Origin: Terriglobia bacterium
GTDB lineage: Bacteria > Acidobacteriota > UBA6911
Length of the DNA: 64,000 bases
Assembly: GCA_963739235.1 (NCBI GenBank)
Contig: CAVTZY010000024.1
Span: 386,402 to 450,401 of the forward strand
Reading direction: 5' to 3'
In this document: positions 10,001 to 18,150 of the stretch, in pieces
Layout: each line of letters opens with the position of its first letter
How positions within the stretch are numbered: the stretch's first letter is position 1
Notes under the pieces: model-generated
What the model was told of the DNA's origin: nothing
What the model saw: the letters and a program-made list of their open reading frames with translations, nothing else
The model's database searches: none
Program-made: the position numbers and the translations under genes

Positions 10001-10226
10001 CCTTCCCCTGTTCATAGACGGTTGCCAGATTGGGATGCCTCAACCGGAGGATTGCCGCACACTCGGCAACAAAATGCTCCTTGAGAGCCGGATCCGATGG
10101 GACGTCAACGCCGAGTGTGATCAGCGTCACGTTTCGGTTCGAGGAACTATCGTAGGCCTTGTAGACAGGCCCCAGGATCTCGTCCCCCAGCTTTTCGAGG
10201 AGTCCGTACTTTCCCAGTGTTTCCAT
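7050..10226 (-). CDS. Membrane protein with N-terminal Ser/Thr-kinase-like (predicted pseudokinase) domain, Pro/Ser-rich linker, one TM, TPR region, PEGA-like domain and C-terminal domain of unknown function
   Basis: The kinase fold is recognisable (..YRSPEQ.., SDIFSLGLIFYEF). The catalytic motifs are substituted: HRD to HRG (LHRGLRPRS), DFG to GFG (KVSGFG), VAIK to VTLI. The TM segment is ALWICASTVLLVLTFAIPGI. I prefer the ATG at 10226; the track starts at 10253. Confidence 0.8.
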   Translation of the reverse strand: METLGKYGLLEKLGDEILGPVYKAYDSSSNRNVTLITLGVDVPSDPALKEHFVAECAAILRLRHPNLATVYEQGKDGQVSFLAAEWLPGKDLKQLIAENAATTLEWKIAFMVQAAAGLVHAHTQGVLHRGLRPRSIHMLPDGTAKVSGFGCASIPTSPSAAHRASVADIYRSPEQLMGREATAQSDIFSLGLIFYEFVAGVHPFHDADSNKTLDCILHQAQFPTVEQFPDLPFNLWPILERCLAKEAEERYPSMREFGTACQGMLEELAEDSECMRIELQTALPRLRKAAKRGGAPPSLTKLQSDIEQVLFRVHDSDYQSLNRLILTLTEQHRLLDSPTEASSTCLSEPLEIPPERGRPVVFTDNPSVEPSPGPQELAGTAPPAPDTNGFLTTDDVSEPSAETCTDGAQNTAAEPANESAAVEVSALPAIEPTESWRSPAPAITAESTPTSAVVNMESSRPRIAPKDSFSELLKKIDQGQESTQKLVDSFLAGRQAMASGKPNPEDNGQNKPTAVSPKQSSSVSNPDASPPAPAANTAAAQSQKPLYHIHLAGVQASPVENPLNAAEQFSTTLPKPARRRTALWICASTVLLVLTFAIPGIRDSLITPIGKVVVQKGWMMLGRGKPAQTRTDDPMATVVRNQLNFARRDILLEEAEILHAVGRRQEARTFLCRLLELYPDYAPAKEELDQIKAETSAPSGPDDQMSPIQKLLGSASSAIKAGNLQKAKTDLDAADQLEPGLPEVAKLRKNLEAKKTELAQGAARDQEAQLTANKQRDSEALALRAEELYRQGKYDDALAAVDEHMARYPTSTQMQEIRGRTVEIKQNLKSYETALSAGKLAEAQAAVEKIERINPADPGLAGMRKRAESGPVSGSASLSVYSIAEPAALMLDDQPVGTGGELVNQTIAAGRHKLAAKNTNGQGVEMVHDFANGQAITLVYDVPGQVLRTMNESDRGRISKSKARLQAHRFAVEHSHGILRGNCKGDLIIDYYHVVFQPTSGSHGFSVSFKDLKLRIENKTAVLFFAANGTEFFTFKLSDAPSAQMLRKLWDDLSALDM

Positions 10227-10410
10227 AGAGTTAACGTCCTTGAGACAAACCAATTGCGATCGGGAGCGAATGGCGGGCCGGGGTCACCTACATCTGCCTG
10301 TATTTTCATTGTTGCAGATGTCTTATCGGCATAACGCGCAGATTTCTCACGCAGTTTTTTGCGTTCCTGCCCGGCTGAATATGAATTGGGGGATTTGGCG
10401 AAGGCAAAAG

Positions 10411-13005
10411 ATCAAATTCAGAGCTCCTGACATGGTCCGGTAATTAATTGTCCCCTTTTTCTTTCAGGAGGGAAACTCCCCGAGGGAATAATTCATCCGA
10501 AGGCTGGTGCCGGGGAACAGCGCGTTCGTCTTGTTGAGTGCTTCGCAAAGGGCCTGCAGAGCGCGGGACCGATGAGAAGAGCTGAGAGGCGCGAGTTTTA
10601 TCCGCAGTTCGTCCTCCGTGGGCTGCATCGCCGCAGTATCTTGCAGTGCCATCTGAACAAGAGTGCGTCCTTCCTCTTCGGCGCGCTTGTAGTTGGGTCG
10701 AATCAGCGCGAGGAGATCACTCTCGATTTGGTATGCGACCATTTTCAGAACATTGGTTAGATGCTTTCGTTCCGTCGACAACTTTACGACTTCCTGGCCT
10801 TGTTGGGCATCCGCAACAGGCAGTCGGACGGGAAGAGCGTCGCGCCGAGCCTCAACCCTGGCAATGCTGTCGACTGCCGCGCTGATCTCATTGCGGATCT
10901 TTTGCTCAACGGTCGAGAAGCTTCTCATGGTGGAACTCGGCTCCTCGATAAAATCGATCGCGGTTGCGCCATAAGTTTCCTGAAGCTTGGTGAGTTTGGC
11001 GCGCGCGGCGCGGAGTTCCTTCTCTACCGCTTTCCGTGCGGGATTGGGCACAGAACGAGTCGGATCATCAGGCTCGACCTGGTAATCGGTGAGTGCGTCG
11101 ATGAGGAACTCCTCGCGCATGTACTTGAAGAAGTTCTCCTGGCGCCAGCGCTCAAACATGCGATAGGCGACGACGATGTCGCGCAGGTCCCAGCGGCTCG
11201 TCAGGATCGGGGTCTGGTGTCCCGTTTCGGTCAGGCGGGTCACCTGACGCAGCCGGAGCTTCCCCTTCAGGAAGCGTACGGGTTGCTCGTGTAAAAGGTA
11301 TTCCACTTGCCGCCCGTCCAGCTTGGCTTTGCGAGGCATGAACCTCTTCTCGGCGATGCGACGAGTACGACCCTTCCGATAAGTCAGAATATCGAAGCCC
11401 ATGGCGAGCAGGGTCACAAAGAGCTTGGGGCTCCAGCCGCCGCGGTCAAAGACAATCGTGGCCCGCCGGCGAGGTCCGAGCATCTCGCGAACTTCCGTTA
11501 GCACCGGGACCAACATGCGGGTCATGGCGGCGTTGGCCTCGGCCGTGACAACAAAGAGCGGATCACTTCGTTGATCGTTGACCCAATAGTCGGTGGTTCC
11601 GGGAGCGGCCAACCGGACCCTTGTGACGTATGCCTTCGGAATCGTCCATTTTCCGTGATAGGCGCGGACGTGACCATCGATATAGAGAAAGCCGAGCATC
11701 CTGCCGCGCTCGGCGACACGCAGCCGGGCGAGTTCGCGACCAAGCTGATAGCTACCCTTCAGGGAAGCGAGACGCGTGAGTTTGCGGCGCAATGTTTTGA
11801 CCTCAAGGATACGATCCAGTCCGACAATGCGCCCCAGTTCCCCGGGCGCATGCTCCTTGAGGGCTTCGGGGCGAGGGATTCTCAGGAGCGACAGCAGCAC
11901 GTATGCCACCAGAGTCGTTCGCAATCCGTAGAAAGCGGGGCCTATGCTGCCGTAGATTTTCTCCGCGACAGAAAGCAAGCCACTGGCAACGAGTGGCGGA
12001 ATTGCCAACAGAACACCCGCTCTCGGCAAACTCGAAGCGGAAGCAAACACCGGCAGCGCATCATCGAGAAGTCCCATTGCAGCCAGGAGGCGATCCGTCG
12101 ACCGATCAACCGGGCCAGCGTCGAGGCTCTTGTCAGCCGTGCTGGTCTGAGGTCGCATGCCCTTACGTGCGGACGAATCCGCAACTGGGCAAGAAGTCTC
12201 CATCGGTTCGTCATCGAATACTGTGGTAGTCTCTGTCACCAAATCGGCTTCTGGCAGGAAGGGGAGATGGGGCTCAGGCGATGGTCTCCAACCAAGCCGA
12301 CGCAGACTCCTACGAACCTCCTTCTCGTCAAGGCCAAGCCGACCGCCAATCCAACGATTACTCATTCCCTTGGCCTTGAGGCGGAGGATGATCCGATCCC
12401 GCTCATGTGCTTCCTTGTTCGTGGAAGCGCTGCCTGAAGGCCGTCCCTTTGGACGCGCGAGTGTGGCCAATCCACCAAGCTGGAGGTTCTTTTGGTAGCG
12501 GCGCAGGGTTCGAATGGAGTAACCAAAGCATCGTGCAATATCATTCTGATCGGCGTACCCCGATTCAAAGAGCGTGACCATGGCATACGCTTCGGCCGCA
12601 CGATCTCTGATGGAGTAGTGCGAAAATGCAATACCTTGGACGGAGATTACACGCTGGTCACCCTCGGCATGAAAACAAACACGATCGTTTACAAAGACAG
12701 TGCCGGGCGTTGGAGTAGGCCGGGGTAAGAGTTCTCTCTGCTGCGGGCTTGGTTTCATGGTCGCCCAGCATGTACGAGAACCTACTTAATAGAAAAGAGG
12801 ACAATTTAATGTCCGCACCATTTTTCGCCAACGACCCAGCCATTTGTGTTATCAGGCGCTCTTCAGTCATAGTTCTTTGCCACTGCGAGTGAAGGGATTT
12901 CCATCGTTCATTCGAAAAAGGGGACAATTTAATGTCCGCACCCATGTCCGGAAATGCCACATTTCCTTGGGTTTTTCAGACCATGTCAGGAGTTCTGAAA
13001 TTAGT
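10411..13005. mobile_element. Insertion sequence (~2.6 kb) with ~45-bp imperfect terminal inverted repeats, unclassified family
   Basis: The reverse complement of the left end reads GAAAAAGGGGACAATTAATTACCGGACCATGTCAGGAGCTCTGAA. The right end (12921-13000) reads GAAAAAGGGGACAATTTAATGTCCGCACC..GACCATGTCAGGAGTTCTGAA. An extra internal direct copy of the subterminal site lies at 12795-12822. Confidence 0.65.
10464..12758 (-). CDS. DDE-type transposase with N-terminal HTH (764 aa)
   Basis: HTH-like N-terminus (DIARCFGYSIRTLRRYQ). Candidate catalytic residues are in YIDGHVRAY, IVFDRGGWS and the IS4/IS701-style signature YRMFERWRQENFFKYMR. Confidence 0.7.
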   Translation of the reverse strand: MKPSPQQRELLPRPTPTPGTVFVNDRVCFHAEGDQRVISVQGIAFSHYSIRDRAAEAYAMVTLFESGYADQNDIARCFGYSIRTLRRYQKNLQLGGLATLARPKGRPSGSASTNKEAHERDRIILRLKAKGMSNRWIGGRLGLDEKEVRRSLRRLGWRPSPEPHLPFLPEADLVTETTTVFDDEPMETSCPVADSSARKGMRPQTSTADKSLDAGPVDRSTDRLLAAMGLLDDALPVFASASSLPRAGVLLAIPPLVASGLLSVAEKIYGSIGPAFYGLRTTLVAYVLLSLLRIPRPEALKEHAPGELGRIVGLDRILEVKTLRRKLTRLASLKGSYQLGRELARLRVAERGRMLGFLYIDGHVRAYHGKWTIPKAYVTRVRLAAPGTTDYWVNDQRSDPLFVVTAEANAAMTRMLVPVLTEVREMLGPRRRATIVFDRGGWSPKLFVTLLAMGFDILTYRKGRTRRIAEKRFMPRKAKLDGRQVEYLLHEQPVRFLKGKLRLRQVTRLTETGHQTPILTSRWDLRDIVVAYRMFERWRQENFFKYMREEFLIDALTDYQVEPDDPTRSVPNPARKAVEKELRAARAKLTKLQETYGATAIDFIEEPSSTMRSFSTVEQKIRNEISAAVDSIARVEARRDALPVRLPVADAQQGQEVVKLSTERKHLTNVLKMVAYQIESDLLALIRPNYKRAEEEGRTLVQMALQDTAAMQPTEDELRIKLAPLSSSHRSRALQALCEALNKTNALFPGTSLRMNYSLGEFPS

Positions 13006-13420
13006 CCTTCATGCGCGTGGCGCACCCTGCGACGCATGAAAAGATCATGCTCCTCTGGTGGGCATTTGCCGGAATCGGAATCGGAATCGGTATCGCAGTC
13101 GCAATCGCAATTGCTATCGGCCATTGCATACCGATACGACCGATTGCGACTGCGATTGCGATCCCGACGTTGCTGGCTCTTGCTGTTTTCGAAGCAGTCT
13201 CCTATGCGCGTGGCGCGCACCCTGCGACGCATGAAAAGGGCAATTTACCGCCGCGGACCTTCTATACAGGTTCGTGATCGTGATTGTGGTCGTGATCGGT
13301 TTATGGATGTTTGTTGACCGCCGATCACGATCACGATCACGATGTTTGCTAAGACTGCTATTATTGAAGCAGTCCTTCCTGCGCCGGTGGCGCACCCGGT
13401 GACGCATGAAAATGTTATGC
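13006..13420. repeat. Three modules of constant ~50-nt motif (GAAGCAGTCCTTC-ATGCGCGTGGCGCACCCTGCGACGCATGAAAA) alternating with long hairpins built from hexanucleotide repeats
   Basis: Motif copies lie at 13011-13042, 13204-13237 and 13381-13413. Hairpin 1 (13071-13168) has arms of (GGAATC/GCAATC)n versus (GATTGC)n. Hairpin 2 (13273-13343) has arms of (GTGATC)n versus (GATCAC)n. Confidence 0.75.
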
Positions 13421-13599
13421 TCCGGCCACAAGCTTCCTGCGCCGCCCTTTCAGGGCTCTTTTCATCGATCACCTATTCCCAGGGCTCACGCCCTGGGCTT
13501 TGCTGCGCCACCCCTTATAGTTGGTCTGCACCCGATTTTGGGTGCAGAGCATTCCCCAGCCTTGTCCAGACCCGGGAGGGTCATTTTACGACATTTCTT

Positions 13600-13827
13600 G
13601 TTGTTCCGATCTTGAATGGCAGGCCAACCGCGATTAGGCTCAAACGAATGTTTGAACACGCATCGTCCCACTACGAATTCGTCACCCCAGCCCCTGAATG
13701 GCTGCCCGAAGACTTTCGAGTGGGACGATGCGCTTTGGTCCGACAACGCATACTCAGATGTCGTCCCCACAGAGGACTCTACTATAAGGGTTGCGCCGGA
13801 CCGAAGCCAGCGTGTTCTCTCTAACCC
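13600..13827 (+). ncRNA. Candidate IS110 bridge/seek RNA in the left non-coding end
   Basis: Non-coding stretch directly upstream of the recombinase. A perfect 13-bp stem, GCATCGTCCCACT (13660-13672) / AGTGGGACGATGC (13719-13731), encloses a 46-nt loop. The call rests on position and structure only. Confidence 0.3.
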
Positions 13828-15111
13828 ATGGAGGATATGCAGATGGATCTTGACACAAGCACAGTTGATTACGCGGCTTTTATCGGTCTGGACTGGGGCA
13901 GCGAAAAGCACTCCATTGCCCTTCAGGCTGCTGGTACCAAGGAGATCGAGCGCTATGAGCTCAAGCAGAATCCGGAAGACCTGCACGGATGGGTTCTCAA
14001 ACTTCGAGGCAAGTTTGGTGGACGTCCCGTGGCAGTCGCCATCGAGCAAACGAAGGGAGCTGTGATTCATGCATTGATGAGCTATGACTTTGTGCATGTT
14101 TTCCGGATCAATCCCAAGTCGATGGCCGACTACCGAAAGGCTTTCTCTCCGGGGGGCGGCAAGGATGATCCTACCGATGCCGAGTACCTCCTCGAGTGGG
14201 TGACGCTGCACCGCGATCGCATCAAGCCCTGGGTGCCGGATGACCCGCAGACCCGTGCTCTGGAGAGACTGGTGGAGTACCGCCGGGAGGTTGTGAATCA
14301 ACGCGGGGCGCTCACCAACCAGCTCACCCAGCTTCTGAAAGATTACTTTCCCCAGGCCCTGGACTGGGCGGGAGAAATCGACAGCGTGATGGCCTGCGAC
14401 TTTTTGTCGAAGTGGCCGACCTTGGAGAGGGTGAAGAAAGCCAGGCTGGACACCCTCCGGACCTTTTACCGGCAGCATGGCAGTCGGAGCCGCGAACTCA
14501 TCGAAGCGCGCCTGAAGGCGATCTGCACGGCCCAAGCGCTTACGGAGGATGCTACTGTCATAGAGACTTCGGTGACGATGGTGCAGACCATCCTCCGTGT
14601 CTTGCGCCCCACGATGGAGAACATTGATCGCCTCGACGTGGAGATCAAGGCGCGCTTCGAGGCGCATCCGGACATGGCAATCTTTGATAGTTTTCCCGGT
14701 GCGGGTGCCGCTCTGGCTCCCCGCCTCCTGGCAGCGATGGGCTCGGACCGAAGCCGCTTTGAGTCGGCGAGCGAGGTGCAACAGTATTCTGGCATTGCTC
14801 CGGTCACGGAGCGCAGCGGAAAACATCTGTGGATACACCGGCGCTTCGCCTGCCCCAAGTTCGTAAGGCAGACCTTCCACGAATTTGCCGGGCAGTCGCG
14901 CCATTGGTCCACCTGGGCTCGTGGTCACTACGAGATGCAGAGGGACAGGGGGAAGGAGCATCATGCGGCGGTTCGATCCCTGGCGTACAAATGGATACGG
15001 ATAATCTACCGTTGTTGGAAAGATCGTGTCATGTACGACGAAGGGATTCATATCCAATCACTTCGAAATAAAGGATCCGAGGTTCTCGACTTCATTGACA
15101 AGGCGGCGTAG
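13828..15111 (+). CDS. IS110-family (DEDD) transposase/recombinase, 427 aa
   Basis: Has the N-terminal RuvC-like motif FIGLDWGSEKHSIAL and the C-terminal Transposase_20-type HhH segment SFPGAGAALAPRLLAAMG. Confidence 0.9.
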   Translation: MEDMQMDLDTSTVDYAAFIGLDWGSEKHSIALQAAGTKEIERYELKQNPEDLHGWVLKLRGKFGGRPVAVAIEQTKGAVIHALMSYDFVHVFRINPKSMADYRKAFSPGGGKDDPTDAEYLLEWVTLHRDRIKPWVPDDPQTRALERLVEYRREVVNQRGALTNQLTQLLKDYFPQALDWAGEIDSVMACDFLSKWPTLERVKKARLDTLRTFYRQHGSRSRELIEARLKAICTAQALTEDATVIETSVTMVQTILRVLRPTMENIDRLDVEIKARFEAHPDMAIFDSFPGAGAALAPRLLAAMGSDRSRFESASEVQQYSGIAPVTERSGKHLWIHRRFACPKFVRQTFHEFAGQSRHWSTWARGHYEMQRDRGKEHHAAVRSLAYKWIRIIYRCWKDRVMYDEGIHIQSLRNKGSEVLDFIDKAA

Positions 15112-15366
15112 AGAATCATGAGACTCAAAAAAACTTGACAGACTACCTCAGATGTCTTCGGGGTTTTGCAGCCGTGATCCTTGGGATTTTCACGGCCGTG
15201 CAAGGCCTAGCCCTGAAAGGGCGGAACAGCACAGCCCAGGGCGCAAGCCCTGGGTTTTGGGGCCGGAGATCTCAAGCCCTGAAAGGGCGGCACAGAAACA
15301 CACAAGTGATTCAGCGCCGCAATCGGTTCTATTTTCGGAACAGCCGGTGATCGGGAGCCTGAACCC

Positions 15367-15927
15367 TCAGAGCGTGAGGACGGCGGCGTCCCATTCGGTT
15401 TTCTGCTCATCCGATCGGTACAGCTTTATCAGGTTTACAACCACCTTCTGGGCGTCGCGCCGAATGGCGAAACGGTCCATGTTGCGAGTTGCCCGGCCGG
15501 AGATGAAGGTGCCGTCCGGCTGATACTTGGACTCGTGCCGCGGGCACTGAAAGCGTTGGTCCTGCGCCCGCCAGCGGAGTGCCGTATTCTCGTGAGGACA
15601 TGATAGAGAGAATGCGTAAATGTGATTCGCGCTGCGCACGAGGATCACCTCATTATCCTCGTCAATGTTGACGCCATCTTCGGAGGGCAGGGGGTAAGAA
15701 TGCTCGGTCCCTTGTTCGGGAATGGCATGGACGAATGCGACCGGCAAGGCGCGCGCGGCCTCGAGGCTCACGCCGGATGCGGCCAGCGCCGCAACCAGAG
15801 CGCACGAGGTGCGGGCAATGAAATCACGCCGTGTCGTCCGGGCATCGAAACAATGGCAGGCGGCAGGAGCGGCGCCGGCGTCGGTCTCGATTTTTTCAGT
15901 CTTTCTGTTCATTTTCGCCTCATACAT
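15367..15927 (-). CDS. Rieske [2Fe-2S] domain protein with Tat signal
   Basis: Twin-arginine motif TTRRDFIA. Rieske ligand boxes CPHENTAL and CPRHESKY. Confidence 0.8.
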   Translation of the reverse strand: MYEAKMNRKTEKIETDAGAAPAACHCFDARTTRRDFIARTSCALVAALAASGVSLEAARALPVAFVHAIPEQGTEHSYPLPSEDGVNIDEDNEVILVRSANHIYAFSLSCPHENTALRWRAQDQRFQCPRHESKYQPDGTFISGRATRNMDRFAIRRDAQKVVVNLIKLYRSDEQKTEWDAAVLTL

Positions 15928-15940
15928 CGATCGTCGCAGG

Positions 15941-16441
15941 TCAGGCCGCTACGGTCAAAAGCGTGCCTAAGAATAGCGTGGTCAGCCAAAGAACGGCGCT
16001 CATCGTCGAAATCGCCACCAGCCTGGGCCAACCGGCGTCGACTCCGAGCTGCCGCGACCGCCGCTCAGCAAACAACATGGCGACGCCGTTGGCTACCAGG
16101 AGCGCAACCAACCCCATTTTAAACCAGTAGAGCTTCGAAACCAGGAAAGTCGGCGTGTCGGCAGCGGTCATGAGCACGCCCGTCGACCCGACGACGACAA
16201 TCCAGGAGATTACGTGTGCATGCGCTCTGCTCAGTGTGGCCAATACCGCCTCGCGTTCCTGCGATCCGGCTCGAATTGCACCCAGGACCTGGCGATCGGC
16301 GAACAAACCGGTTCCTCCGCCCATGACGAGACCTGCCAGATGAAGAAACCTGATTGTGACCGAAGCGAGCTGGTGGTTGCCGTAATAGGATGACCACCGC
16401 GCGATAAGGCCGACCAGAACAGTCAACAACATATATGTCAC
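15941..16441 (-). CDS. Integral membrane protein (4 predicted TM helices), function unknown
   Basis: 166-aa ORF with four long hydrophobic segments, tightly packed between the cytochrome c and Rieske genes on the same strand. Confidence 0.6.
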   Translation of the reverse strand: MTYMLLTVLVGLIARWSSYYGNHQLASVTIRFLHLAGLVMGGGTGLFADRQVLGAIRAGSQEREAVLATLSRAHAHVISWIVVVGSTGVLMTAADTPTFLVSKLYWFKMGLVALLVANGVAMLFAERRSRQLGVDAGWPRLVAISTMSAVLWLTTLFLGTLLTVAA

Positions 16442-16559
16442 CTCGCGAATAACACGGTGTGGAATATAGGCAACCGAAAAGCCTCAATGCAGAGGGCGCA
16501 GAGACCGCAGAGCCCTGTTCGTTTTTTTGTGACTTCTCCCTGCACCCGTGAGACTCATG

Positions 16560-17732
16560 TCACTTCTGGATCTGAGGAGGATTGAACTTGGTATCGTCCA
16601 CTGGGACGTTGTGAGTGATTTCCTTAAACTCAATCGAGGTTCCCGCAGCCGGATTCGGCGTGGAATATCGGGTCTTAAATGGCAGTTTCACGCCGTCGAC
16701 CTCCCGGTAATCGTCGAAATCCGTCTGCTCCGGAAACGAGCCCAGTATCGTGCTGCCGCTGACCACCCTGCGAAGGAGCAGACCGGTCTGCAGGTCGAAA
16801 TAAAGTTGGACACGCTGGCCGTCCGCCCGCGCCGAAACCAGGTATGCCTCTCTCTCGCCTACTGTGACTTTGCCGCTGACACGTGGGCTGAGGGATTCTT
16901 CCTTGATCTTCAGGGCGCGCGCGATATCCGCGGCACGCTTAATCTGCGCCAGTTCCAGTCCCTTTAATTCCGCTGAGTCGCTTGGATCTGAAACCCAGCC
17001 GATCGCACCGTTGAAGCCCTGGGCCGCGATCCCATCTGGCAAGGTCGTAATCGTGACAATTTTGTCGGGTGACGCCTGATAAACCTCGACAGGGAACGTG
17101 CCTCCCTTGCTGTCGACCATGGAGCCTCTCATGACCCGGCTTTTCAATTTCTCATAGGCTGCGCTGTTCCCGATGGCCTGCAGGTACTTGTCTATAATCT
17201 GATCGTAGGTCGGCAAGTTTGCTTGAGCGGGGCGAGGCCCGGGGGCTGGCGGCGGCGCCGCAGCCTGCCCGAGGGGCGGTGTCGCCACCGGTCGCTGCTG
17301 GCCGCGATGACAGCTGTAGCAGGTTACTTGAGTCTGGCCATCGAAGCTGTTCTTGTTGACGCCAAGCACGAGCTGGATCATCTGGCGCCCTGTCTGCTTT
17401 GCGCGCTTGTCGTCCTTTTCATAAGCTTCGGGCGCATGGCACTGGTCGCACCTCATGCCCACCGACGTGCTGATCAGGGTCATAACCGTTTTCAACCGCG
17501 ATGCGGGCATCCCCTTGAGCACTTGGATATTCTTGAAAACCTGCTCCGCCGGGGGCTCAGCCTGATTGCCGGTGGGCGCGGCGGATGGATTACCTTGTGC
17601 CTGCCCACCCTGCGCAGCTGTTGAACCTGCATAGCTGTGCGGCGCCAGGAAACTCACGATCATAATACTGAACGCCAAATCCCACATTGCCGCGCAAAGG
17701 CTGCGCCTGACTTGAGCCTTGACCATTTGCAT
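16560..17732 (-). CDS. Dihaem c-type cytochrome (reaction-centre cytochrome c subunit-like N-terminus) fused to a ~200-aa C-terminal domain
   Basis: Has a signal peptide and two CxxCH motifs (CDQCH, CYSCH). Confidence 0.75.
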   Translation of the reverse strand: MQMVKAQVRRSLCAAMWDLAFSIMIVSFLAPHSYAGSTAAQGGQAQGNPSAAPTGNQAEPPAEQVFKNIQVLKGMPASRLKTVMTLISTSVGMRCDQCHAPEAYEKDDKRAKQTGRQMIQLVLGVNKNSFDGQTQVTCYSCHRGQQRPVATPPLGQAAAPPPAPGPRPAQANLPTYDQIIDKYLQAIGNSAAYEKLKSRVMRGSMVDSKGGTFPVEVYQASPDKIVTITTLPDGIAAQGFNGAIGWVSDPSDSAELKGLELAQIKRAADIARALKIKEESLSPRVSGKVTVGEREAYLVSARADGQRVQLYFDLQTGLLLRRVVSGSTILGSFPEQTDFDDYREVDGVKLPFKTRYSTPNPAAGTSIEFKEITHNVPVDDTKFNPPQIQK

Positions 17733-17989
17733 ATTCTCCTTGATGGAGTTCCCGAGCAGAGCATACTCCGGCCACCTATCTCGATTCCGGCCGGGCTAAT
17801 GAACGGAAAACTGAGAATAAAGATGCAGGAAAGCGGCAATCGGGTCAAGCGTTGGTGCAGGAAAAATTTTGTTAAAAAGCAGCCACAAAGAGCTGGAGAT
17901 CTCCACAGCGTTAATCTTCAAGCCGGAGAGATTCGTACTACTTATGTACGAGGCCTTGCCATTCAGGCAAGAAAAGCAAAATCTCACCG

Positions 17990-18075
17990 GAGAGGCCGCA
18001 GAGGTGGCGGAGAGCGCAGAGTTCTTATTTTTTCAAAAAATCTGCGCGCTCTGCGTTAAGGCTTTTTTAAGTTGC
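17990..18075. terminator. CGCAGAG-family hairpin with T-runs on both sides (bidirectional terminator-like)
   Basis: GAGAGCGCAGAG..loop..TCTGCGCGCTCTGCG followed by TTAAGGCTTTTTT. Lies just beyond the stop of the metalloprotease gene (18151). Confidence 0.45.
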
Positions 18076-18150
18076 GGGTATTCCGCGCCGTGGTCTTCGA
18101 AGCCGCTGTTTATTCTCGGGGAACGGCCCGCGTTGTTCCGCCTGGTTGCG

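Larger units (their letters stand above)
13540..15190 (+). mobile_element. IS110-family insertion sequence (boundaries approximate)
   Basis: Contains the IS110-type transposase gene with a ~290-nt structured non-coding region upstream. It is flanked on both sides by REP-like repeats (13440-13520; 15195-15300). I could not define the ends. Confidence 0.45.

Noticed and set aside
13011-13277. 88-aa ORF with GIGIGIGIAVAIAIAIG
   Set aside because: It is a low-complexity product of the hexanucleotide-repeat hairpin. The complementary strand gives an equally repetitive DCDCDC/RNRSRN translation, and there is no RBS or start context.
13486-15057. 523-aa ORF on the minus strand
   Set aside because: It is fully antisense to the well-supported IS110 transposase gene. 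It has no recognisable motifs. Long open antisense frames are expected at this GC content.
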